A stretch of DNA of 64,000 nucleotides from an uncultured Gemmatimonadales bacterium (GTDB taxonomy: Bacteria > Gemmatimonadota > Gemmatimonadetes > Gemmatimonadales > GWC2-71-9): contig CAWIYG010000006.1 in the NCBI GenBank assembly GCA_963840215.1, positions 158,932-222,931 of the forward strand, written 5' to 3'. Of the stretch, positions 46,513 through 53,916 are shown in pieces (within the stretch, counting starts at the first letter, position 1; every line of letters begins with the position of its first letter). Made by a program: the position numbers and the translations under genes. Under the pieces are notes generated by a model. It had not been told where the DNA came from and ran no database searches. It saw nothing but the letters and a program-made list of their open reading frames with translations.

Positions 46513-48201
46513 ATGTCCCCATCGCCACGCAAGATTGTCTTTCACGTGCCATCCCTGATGCCCGACGAGGCGTCGCGCCGTCGCGCCGAGCCCACCGCGC
46601 GGCACGCCCCGACGCCGCCGGCCACCCCGCGCGAGAGCGCCAGTATCCCGGTCGAGGGCGGCATCCCGGTCGAGGGTGGCGATGTGCGGAAGCTCGCGAC
46701 CCTGCTCGAGGTCAGCCAGGCCCTGGCCGGCACGCTCAACCTCCAGACCGGCCTCTACGGCGTCCTGGAAGTGCTCGAGCGCCGGTGTGGCGCCCGCCGC
46801 GGCGCCGTCACCCTGATCGAGGAGGCGAGCGGGCTCTTGGTGGTGGAGGCGGCGCTCGGGTATCCCCGGGCCGCAGGCCGGGTCCGCTACCGCGTGGGCG
46901 AGGGGATCACCGGCGGCGTGGCGCAGCGGGGGACGCCCGCGGTGGTGCCGCATCTGATCGAGGACCCGGAGTTCCTCCACCGCGCCGTGCCCCGCGGCGA
47001 GCGCCGGGGTGAGGAGGACATGAGCTTTCTCTGCGTTCCCATCCTCATGGAGGGATCGAGCGCGGGCACGCTCGCCGTCGAGATGCCGTTCGTACCCGAG
47101 GCGGACAGCGAGCGGATGATCAAGGTCCTCCGTATCACCGCGGCGCTCATCTCCCAGGCAGTGAGGATCCACCGGCTGGTCGAGGGCGATCGGCAGCGGC
47201 TGGTCGAGGAGAACACCCAGCTCCGGGAGGAGCTGCGCGAGCGCTACGAGTTCACCAACATCGTCGGCAACAGCGGCACGATGCGCCGGGTCTACGAGCA
47301 GGTGGCGCAGGTGGTCGGCACCAGCGCCACGGTCATGGTGCGGGGCGAGAGCGGCACCGGCAAGGAGCTCATCGCCCACGCGCTTCACCACCACTCGCCG
47401 CGGGCCGGGAAGCCCTTCATCCGGGTGAACTGCGCCGCGCTTCCCGAAACCCTGGTCGAGACCGAGCTCTTCGGCCACGAGCGCGGCGCATTTACCGGGG
47501 CGCAGGCCCGCCGCAAGGGCAAGTTCGAGCAGGCGGACGGCGGCACGCTGTTCCTGGACGAGATCGGCGAGCTGAGCCAGTCCACCCAGGCCAAGCTGCT
47601 CCGGGCGCTGCAGGAGCGCGAGTTCGAGCGGGTCGGCGGCAACGAGACGATCCGGGTGGACGTCCGGATGATCGCGGCCACCAACAAGGACCTCGAGAAA
47701 GCGCTGGCGGAGGGGACGTTCCGGGAGGATCTGTACTACCGGCTCAACGTCTTCACGATCCACGTGCCGCCGCTGCGCGAGCGGAAGTCGGACGTGCTGC
47801 TCCTGGCCGACCATTTCGTCGAGAAGTACGCCCGGGTGCATCAGCGCACCATCAAGCGGATCTCGACCCCGGCCATCGACATGCTCATGGCCTACCACTG
47901 GCCGGGCAACGTCCGCGAGCTGGAGAACACGCTCGAGCGCGCCGTGCTGGTCGCCGACGGCGACGTGATCCACGGCCATCACCTTTCGCCGACGCTCCAG
48001 ACGGCGGAGGCCTCGGGCACCGTGGTCTCGCGCTCGCTGGGCGAGGCCGTGGGCGTGTTCGAGAGCAACCTGATCCAGGACGCGCTCAAGAGCACGCGCG
48101 GCAACCGCGCCAAAGCCGCGCGCCTGCTCGGCACCACCGAGCGGATCCTGAGCTACAAGGTGCGGCGCTACGGGATCGATCCCCGGCGGTTCCGCGGCTG
48201 A
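46513..48201 (+). CDS. sigma-54-dependent transcriptional activator, GAF-AAA+-Fis HTH (NifA/FhlA-like architecture, no receiver domain)
   Basis: ORF 46438..48201 (TTG 46438 or ATG 46513). GAF region, Walker A GESGTGKE, ERGAFTGA (the GAFTGA sigma-54 contact loop), LFLDEIGE, and C-terminal GNRAKAARLLGTTERILSYKVRRYGI. Confidence 0.9.
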   Translation: MSPSPRKIVFHVPSLMPDEASRRRAEPTARHAPTPPATPRESASIPVEGGIPVEGGDVRKLATLLEVSQALAGTLNLQTGLYGVLEVLERRCGARRGAVTLIEEASGLLVVEAALGYPRAAGRVRYRVGEGITGGVAQRGTPAVVPHLIEDPEFLHRAVPRGERRGEEDMSFLCVPILMEGSSAGTLAVEMPFVPEADSERMIKVLRITAALISQAVRIHRLVEGDRQRLVEENTQLREELRERYEFTNIVGNSGTMRRVYEQVAQVVGTSATVMVRGESGTGKELIAHALHHHSPRAGKPFIRVNCAALPETLVETELFGHERGAFTGAQARRKGKFEQADGGTLFLDEIGELSQSTQAKLLRALQEREFERVGGNETIRVDVRMIAATNKDLEKALAEGTFREDLYYRLNVFTIHVPPLRERKSDVLLLADHFVEKYARVHQRTIKRISTPAIDMLMAYHWPGNVRELENTLERAVLVADGDVIHGHHLSPTLQTAEASGTVVSRSLGEAVGVFESNLIQDALKSTRGNRAKAARLLGTTERILSYKVRRYGIDPRRFRG

Positions 48202-48218
48202 TCCCCCGCGCCCGCGCC

Positions 48219-48860
48219 TCAGCCCGCCGCGGGGATCTCGAAGCAGCAGCTCGGCCGCTCACCGTGGCGGCAGCATTGCCGCACCGGGGTGCCGACGATC
48301 TCGGTCAAGAGCGCCTCGAACGCGCCGCAGGTTTCGGGGCGGCGTGCCACCGTCGACGCCAGCGGGCAGCCGCAGCCGCGGATGACGGCCCCGCCCTCGC
48401 CCTCCTCCAGCACCGCCGCGCCCCCCAAGGCATTGAGCACACCCACCGCGGTCCGGAGCCGTGTCGCCCGACTCGCGGTCCCGGGCGGCAGGAGCGGCCC
48501 GGCGAGCCGGCGTCCGGTCCCCACCAGCAGCGCCTCCATCTGCTCGGCCGGCAGCTGGGCCACCACCTCCTCCAGAAGCGCGCCCAGCATCGGCGGGTAG
48601 GCGCGCGAGAACACGACCTCGGCTTCCGGCGGCAGCTCGTAGACCGTCGACGGCTTCCCGGCGCCGGGCCCCCGGCGCACCCCCGCCGAGCGAACCATCC
48701 CGTCCCGCTCGAGCGTCGAGAGATGTGCTCGGACGGCGTTGTCGGTCAGGTCGAGCGCCTGCGCCAGCTCCTCCACCGTGCGGGTGTCGCACCGCAGCAG
48801 GCTCAGGATCCGTCCCCGGGTAGTCTCGAGAAACCGTTGATTGTTCACGGGTTGGCCCAT
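48219..48860 (-). CDS. ArsR/SufR-like winged-HTH regulator with Cys-rich C-terminal domain
   Basis: ORF 48219..48860. wHTH RGRILSLLRCDTRTVEELAQALDLTDNAVRAHLSTLERDGMV. 7 Cys in the last 54 aa (GCGCP, ETCG, QCC, SCC). Confidence 0.8.
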   Translation of the reverse strand: MGQPVNNQRFLETTRGRILSLLRCDTRTVEELAQALDLTDNAVRAHLSTLERDGMVRSAGVRRGPGAGKPSTVYELPPEAEVVFSRAYPPMLGALLEEVVAQLPAEQMEALLVGTGRRLAGPLLPPGTASRATRLRTAVGVLNALGGAAVLEEGEGGAVIRGCGCPLASTVARRPETCGAFEALLTEIVGTPVRQCCRHGERPSCCFEIPAAG

Positions 48861-49008
48861 GTGCGCTCCGGTGTGCGTCGTTCGAAAATACTGCCAATCC
48901 GGAGGTTAGGCAAATAAGTCAATAAAAGACTTGACAAATTGTACTATCGACGCCAGTATGGGAGTGCCTGGTCCGCCAGTCCTCAAGTCATCCCCTCGGA
49001 GGTTCTCC

Positions 49009-49560
49009 ATGCGTCGGTCCCTTTCCTTTGCCGCCCTGCTCGCCCTGCCTGCCGCGCTGGTGCTCGCACCTGCGCCGGCCGCTGCCCAGGCGCTGGATGA
49101 CGCGACCATCGTCGCGATCTTCGACGCCGCCAACACCGCCGACATCGAAACCGGAAGCCTCGCGGCGAAGCGCGCCCAGTCGAAGGACGTGCGCGACTTC
49201 GGCGCGATGATGGCGCACGATCATGCGGCGGTACGCCAGATGGGTCGTGATCTCGCGAAGAAGCTCGGCGTCACCCCCACGCCACCCGCCGGGGACACCA
49301 GCGCGAAGACTCAGGCGGCAACGATGGCGTCCCTGCAGGCCAAGCACGGCGCCGAGTTCGATCTGGCCGTGATGCAGCACGAGGTGGCCTTCCACAAGAG
49401 TGTCATCGACGCCATCCGGACCACCCTGCTCCCGGCCGTTCACAACCCCGAGCTGAAGGCGCTGGTCGAGAAGGTGGCGCCGGCCTTCCAGGCGCACCTG
49501 CTCAGGGCGGAGCAGCTGGAGCGGCAGCTCCGGGAGACCAGACAGGCGGCGGCGAAGTAG
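49009..49560 (+). CDS. DUF4142-domain secreted protein
   Basis: Within ORF 48931..49560. GGAGG precedes ATG 49009, giving MRRSLSFAALLALPAALVLAPAPAAAQA. Ferritin-like four-helix text (AIFDAANTADIETGSLAAKRAQSKDVRDFGAMMAHDHAA...FDLAVMQHEVAFHKSVIDAI). Confidence 0.75.
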   Translation: MRRSLSFAALLALPAALVLAPAPAAAQALDDATIVAIFDAANTADIETGSLAAKRAQSKDVRDFGAMMAHDHAAVRQMGRDLAKKLGVTPTPPAGDTSAKTQAATMASLQAKHGAEFDLAVMQHEVAFHKSVIDAIRTTLLPAVHNPELKALVEKVAPAFQAHLLRAEQLERQLRETRQAAAK

Positions 49561-49850
49561 GCCGGCGAGAGCGGGCGACATCCCTGCGGCGCCCGGCGAC
49601 CCGCGCCCAACGGAATTGTCGCGCTCACCCCGACGCCGGAGCCCCGACGGGCCCCGGCGTCTTTCGCTAACCGGCATGTAGCACAGGAGTTCGGCCCCTG
49701 AGGAGAGAACTTGGCGGAAGGGCGGGCGCGGGGCACGCGACTTGTCCTACCGGAGGATTCGCGCGTGACCTTTGCGCGACCTTGCGCTCGCCGGTTCGAT
49801 GCGAGCGCGAGCGAGGTTCGCTCAACCTTCAGGCAATCTCAGGAGCAGGT

Positions 49851-50477
49851 ATGTACCGACGAACGATCGCTTCCCTGGCCGCGGCGCTCTCGCTCGCCGG
49901 CCTCGCCCCGCTGGCCGCTGCCGCCCAGAGCGCGCCGCCACCCTCGACGCTCGCTCTGTCGGCGACGGACGACCGGGTCCCGCTCCGGGCGGCGCTCAAG
50001 CCCGCGTATCAGTTGCGGCTCACGAGCACCTGGCCACAGGAGACCACGGCAGGCGGGTGCCGCAACGGCGGCGAGGAGACGATCGAGGGCGTGCTCGCGC
50101 GCGCGGCCGACGGCAGCTATGCCGGTACCTTCACCCGCCGGACGGAGCTCCTCTTCTGCGGCGCGCACGGCGGTCGCGAGGCCGCACCAGCCTCGGGGTG
50201 TGCGCTGACGCTGACGGGCCGTGGCGAGGTGGAGGCGACCGGTGTAGTGAGGGCGGATGACACGGGCCCGACGGGCCAGGAGGTGCGCCTCGTCTGGACG
50301 CCGGCGCCGGGGCATCAGGCCGCGGTGAGCGGCGAGTGCGCGCCGGCATTCAAGCAGGCGGTGAAGCGGATGTATCTCTCGACTCCGCACGCAGCGGAGT
50401 TTCCGCTCACGGCCGCGGGCGCGGGCCCGCGGTCGGAGCGGCTGGAAAACTATGCGTGGACGGTGGAGCTGGAGTAG
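49851..50477 (+). CDS. hypothetical secreted protein
   Basis: Within ORF 49782..50477. AGGAG precedes ATG 49851, giving MYRRTIASLAAALSLAGLAPLAAAAQS. Four Cys. No family recognised. Confidence 0.55.
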   Translation: MYRRTIASLAAALSLAGLAPLAAAAQSAPPPSTLALSATDDRVPLRAALKPAYQLRLTSTWPQETTAGGCRNGGEETIEGVLARAADGSYAGTFTRRTELLFCGAHGGREAAPASGCALTLTGRGEVEATGVVRADDTGPTGQEVRLVWTPAPGHQAAVSGECAPAFKQAVKRMYLSTPHAAEFPLTAAGAGPRSERLENYAWTVELE

Positions 50478-50679
50478 CGGCTTACAGTTTCAGGTTGACG
50501 TCGATGTCGACCCGGACGACGTCGTAGCCCGGCGCACGAGCACGTTGCGGGTGACCTTGACGGCGCGGTCGGTCGAGACGGCGTAGTGCTTGTCCTTTCC
50601 CTTGCCCTGCGCATGGGCCGGGGCGGCGGAGTCGGCGAGAGCGGACAGGGCGAGCGCGAGGCCCGCCGCGGTTGGGCAG

Positions 50680-51684
50680 TCAGCCTTCCTTCCGCACCTC
50701 GGCCGCCGTCTTGTCCTCGCGCAGTCCCAGGTATCGCGGATGCCGCAGCAGTCCCGCCGGCGTCCACTCCCCGAACCCGATCTCGACCACCAGCTTCGGC
50801 GTCACCCACTGCACCTCGCCCGCCGGCGCCGGCCCCGGCGCGAACGGCGACGTGCGGCGGTGCAGCGGCGCCAGCTTCCGGCCCAGCAGCTCGAGCGTAT
50901 CGCGATCGTATCCCGTGCCGACCTTGCCCGCGTACCGCAGCACGCCCTGCTCGTAGTACCCCACGAGCAGCGCGCCCAGGTTTTCGCGCGACCCCTTCGG
51001 CGCTGTGTACCCGCCGACCACGAATTCCTGCTGATGCACGCACTTGATCTTGAGCCAGTCGGCCGAGCGCGCGCTCACGTAGCGGCTCTCCGCCCGCTTG
51101 GCGATGATCCCCTCGGCGCCCTTGGCGCACGCCCGCCGCAGCATCGCGGCCGAGCCGGTGGTACGGAACGGCGTAAACCGGATCGGATCGTCGTACCACA
51201 CGACGTCCCGGAGCACCGCCTTCCGATCCACCAGCGGCAGGTTGGTCAGGTCGATCCCCTCGTAGAACAGGCAGTCGAACAGGTAGAGCTCGACCGCCAC
51301 GTCGCTCGACCGGGCCTTGAGCTGGTCGCGCAGCTGCATCCGGCGCTGCAGCCGGGAGAAGCTGCTCTGGCCGGTGTCGGGGTCCACGGCCACCACCTCG
51401 CCGTCGAGCACGGCGTCGCCACGCACGGCGAAGGAGAGGGCATCGACCAGCTCGGGATAGGCGTTGTCGAGCGGCTTCCGGTTGCGGGAGAAGAGCCGCA
51501 CGTTCCCGCCGTTGGTGTAGACCAGCACGCGCACGCCGTCGAGCTTGGGCTCGTACAGCCACTGGCCGCCGTGGGGCGTCGCCTCGACCAGGGTGGCGAG
51601 CATGGGCGGGATCCAGCCGGGCTGCGCCCGGTAGCGGAGCCGCGCGTTGGCGGACTTGGAGAGCGACTCCAGGCGGCGGCTCAT
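50680..51684 (-). CDS. ligD: ATP-dependent DNA ligase, stand-alone LigD ligase domain (NHEJ)
   Basis: ORF 50680..51963. Start MSRRLESLSK at 51684 overlaps the stop of the upstream gene (ATGA). Adenylation motif YEPKLDGVR, plus EGIIAKRAES, WLKIK and an OB-fold tail. Confidence 0.9.
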   Translation of the reverse strand: MSRRLESLSKSANARLRYRAQPGWIPPMLATLVEATPHGGQWLYEPKLDGVRVLVYTNGGNVRLFSRNRKPLDNAYPELVDALSFAVRGDAVLDGEVVAVDPDTGQSSFSRLQRRMQLRDQLKARSSDVAVELYLFDCLFYEGIDLTNLPLVDRKAVLRDVVWYDDPIRFTPFRTTGSAAMLRRACAKGAEGIIAKRAESRYVSARSADWLKIKCVHQQEFVVGGYTAPKGSRENLGALLVGYYEQGVLRYAGKVGTGYDRDTLELLGRKLAPLHRRTSPFAPGPAPAGEVQWVTPKLVVEIGFGEWTPAGLLRHPRYLGLREDKTAAEVRKEG

Positions 51685-52775
51685 CGGGCACGCTCCGCGC
51701 TGCTGGCATCGAGCGCGCCGGCGAGGTCCTGCTTGGCGTCGAGGATGCCGGCCCAGACGTCCCCGTCGGACTCCAGGCGGTCGGGCACGGTGTGGAGGGT
51801 GAAATCGGTCGGGTAGACCCGCTCGAGCTCGTCCCACGAGATCGGCATCGAGACCGTGGCCGCCGCGTGGCGCCGGGGCGAGAACGGCGTCGCCAACGAC
51901 TTGCCGCGGCTGTTCTGGTTGAAATCGAAGAAGATCTTGCCCGTCCGCCGGCGCACCGCCCACTCGACCGTCACGTCCTTGGGCCGCTCGCGCTGGACGT
52001 GCCGCGCGATGGTCTCCGCCACGCCCCGCGCCGCGTCGAAATCGAGATCGCGGACGATCGGGAGATACAGGTGGAGGCCCGTGCGGCCCGACGTCTTGAT
52101 GAAGGTGACGAGACCGAGGCCCTCGAGGATCTCGCGGATCCGGAGCGCGAGCCGGCGGACCCGGGCGAACGCCCGGCGGTGCAACTCCGGCTCCTCGCCG
52201 CGTCCCTCGCGGCCCGAGTAGACGTAGGGATCGAGGTCGAAGACGATGAAGTCCGGGTAGTTGAGGATCGATCGCTCGAGCGTCGCCTCGGAGCCGGTGA
52301 ACTTCCCGCCGTGGGCCCGGCCGTCAGGCTCCGGGTTCACCCGCGAAAACCACGCATGCAGCTCCAGCCCAGCCATCTGGCCGAGCCAGAGGAGCGTGGC
52401 GACGTTCTCGCAGATGAGGTAGTCGCCGTCGCGGTCATTCTGCGAGGAGTGAATCGACACCGTCCGGGCGAACCGCGGGGCCGGCTCCCAGTGCTTCTGG
52501 AAGAAGCTCTTGCCGCTCACACCGTCGGGGAACCGGGTGACGAACAGCGGCCGGTCGGCGAGATGCGGGAGCATGTAGGGCGCGACCCGGACCAGGTAGC
52601 GCAGCAGGTCCCGCTTGGTGGCGCCCTTGCGGCGGCCGGCCCCGGGCCAGAGCTGCTTGTCGAGGCTGGTGACGGGCAGCTCGTGGCCGTCGACGATCAG
52701 CGTCGTCTTGGGGCCGGCGGCGTCGAGCTGGTCGAGCACCTCGTTGGCATCCGTCTTCGTGCGGCGCTTCGGCAT
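51681..52775 (-). CDS. ligD: stand-alone LigD polymerase/primase domain (NHEJ PolDom)
   Basis: Intact ORF. Motifs FQKHW, PDFIVFDLDP, KTSGRTGLHLYLPI and IFFDFNQNSRGKSLATPFSPR are typical of the archaeo-eukaryotic-primase-like LigD Pol domain. Confidence 0.9.
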   Translation of the reverse strand: MPKRRTKTDANEVLDQLDAAGPKTTLIVDGHELPVTSLDKQLWPGAGRRKGATKRDLLRYLVRVAPYMLPHLADRPLFVTRFPDGVSGKSFFQKHWEPAPRFARTVSIHSSQNDRDGDYLICENVATLLWLGQMAGLELHAWFSRVNPEPDGRAHGGKFTGSEATLERSILNYPDFIVFDLDPYVYSGREGRGEEPELHRRAFARVRRLALRIREILEGLGLVTFIKTSGRTGLHLYLPIVRDLDFDAARGVAETIARHVQRERPKDVTVEWAVRRRTGKIFFDFNQNSRGKSLATPFSPRRHAAATVSMPISWDELERVYPTDFTLHTVPDRLESDGDVWAGILDAKQDLAGALDASSAERAR

Positions 52776-52777
52776 AG

Positions 52778-52866
52778 TTCACCACAGAGGCACAGAGGCC
52801 ACGGAGGACAACACCAGGTGTTGTCTTTCTCTGCGGGTCTCCGTGCCGCGGTGCCTCTGTGGTGAA
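52778..52866. repeat. 89-bp composite hairpin (REP-like CACAGAGGCAC element) between ku and the PolDom gene
   Basis: Outer 16-bp perfect stem TTCACCACAGAGGCAC (52778-52793) / GTGCCTCTGTGGTGAA (52851-52866). Second stem CACGGAG (52800-52806) / CTCCGTG (52839-52845). Inner palindrome GACAACACC-A-GGTGTTGTC. Confidence 0.8.
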
Positions 52867-52895
52867 TCGGATGACGGCTGGTCCCGAAGCACGGC

Positions 52896-53735
52896 TCAGC
52901 TCGCCTTCCGCGCCCGCCGGGTCTGCCGGCGCGCCGGCGCCTTGGCCGCCGACTTCCGGGCACGGCCGCCCTTCTTGGCCGCTTCCACGCTCTTGCGGAG
53001 CGCGTCGGCGAGGTCGATGACCTTGGTCTCACGCGCGGGCGGCGACTTGACGACGTCGCGACCCTCGAGCTTGGCCTCGATGAGCTGCGCCAGCGCCTCG
53101 CGGTAGTGGTCCTGGTACTCCTCGGGCTCGAACGGCTTGCGGAGCAGCTCGATCAGGGTGAACGCCATCTCCAGCTCGCGCTCGCTCACCCGCGCCTTGT
53201 CGAGGTCCACGCCGGGCTCACTCCGCACCTCGTCGGGATAGTACAGCGTCTCCAGCATCACCACGCCGTCCTTGGGGCGGAGCGCGCAGAGCTGCTCCTT
53301 CTTCCGGATCGTGATCGTGGCGAGCGCGGTGAGGCCCTTCTTCTCCAGGGCCTGGAGCAGCAGCGCGTACGCCTTCTCCGCGCGCTCGTCCGGTGCCAGG
53401 TAGTAGCTCCGCTCGTAGTAGACCGGGTCGATCTCCGTCTCCTTCACGAAGGCGCTCAGGTCGATGATGTGGCGGCTCGGCAGGGGCAGTTTCTCGAAGT
53501 CCTCGTCGGTCAGCGTCACATACTCGTCCTTGGAGTATTCGTAGCCCCGGACGGTCTCGCTCCACGGCACCTCGACCTCGTCGGTCGGGCACCAGCGGAC
53601 CTGCTTGAGTCGCGTGCCGCACGTCGAATGGAGCAGGTGGAAGCTGATGTCCTTGCTCTCCGTCGCTCCGTAGAGCTTCACCGGGATGCTCACCATCCCG
53701 AAGCTGATCGAGCCGCTCCAGATCGCCCTGGCCAT
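52896..53735 (-). CDS. ku: Ku protein (NHEJ DNA-end binding)
   Basis: ORF 52896..53951. GGAGG precedes MARAIWSGSISFGMVSIPVKLYGATE (canonical bacterial Ku start). Ku core followed by a Lys/Arg/Ala-rich C-terminal tail. Confidence 0.92.
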   Translation of the reverse strand: MARAIWSGSISFGMVSIPVKLYGATESKDISFHLLHSTCGTRLKQVRWCPTDEVEVPWSETVRGYEYSKDEYVTLTDEDFEKLPLPSRHIIDLSAFVKETEIDPVYYERSYYLAPDERAEKAYALLLQALEKKGLTALATITIRKKEQLCALRPKDGVVMLETLYYPDEVRSEPGVDLDKARVSERELEMAFTLIELLRKPFEPEEYQDHYREALAQLIEAKLEGRDVVKSPPARETKVIDLADALRKSVEAAKKGGRARKSAAKAPARRQTRRARKAS

Positions 53736-53791
53736 GCGCCCTCCTCCCTTAGAGGCCCGGCCCGACCGGCCGTATGAGGACTCCGCGCAGG

Positions 53792-53857
53792 TTTTCCACA
53801 CCGCGGCGGAGATTTCCACAGGGTTGTCAACATAAGTTGTTGATAAATAACAACTTA
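53792..53857. promoter_or_regulatory. ku upstream control region: two DnaA-box-like 9-mers and a perfect 9-bp inverted repeat in an AT-rich patch
   Basis: TTTTCCACA (53792-53800) and ATTTCCACA (53812-53820) in the same orientation. TAAGTTGTT (53833-53841) -N7- AACAACTTA (53849-53857). On the minus strand a TTGACA (complement of 53826-53831) faces ku. Confidence 0.45.
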
Positions 53858-53916
53858 CGCTGCCGGATAATCTATCAGGTCGGAGGGCACTGCTGTGGGG
53901 CGGGTCACAGGGGGTC

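Noticed and set aside
53792-53880. Chromosomal replication origin (oriC) because of DnaA-box-like 9-mers next to an AT-rich stretch
   Set aside because: There are only two good boxes plus one or two one-mismatch boxes. No dnaA, dnaN, gidA or parAB genes are nearby, and the site lies inside a unidirectional gene run directly upstream of ku. A gene-specific operator is more parsimonious.
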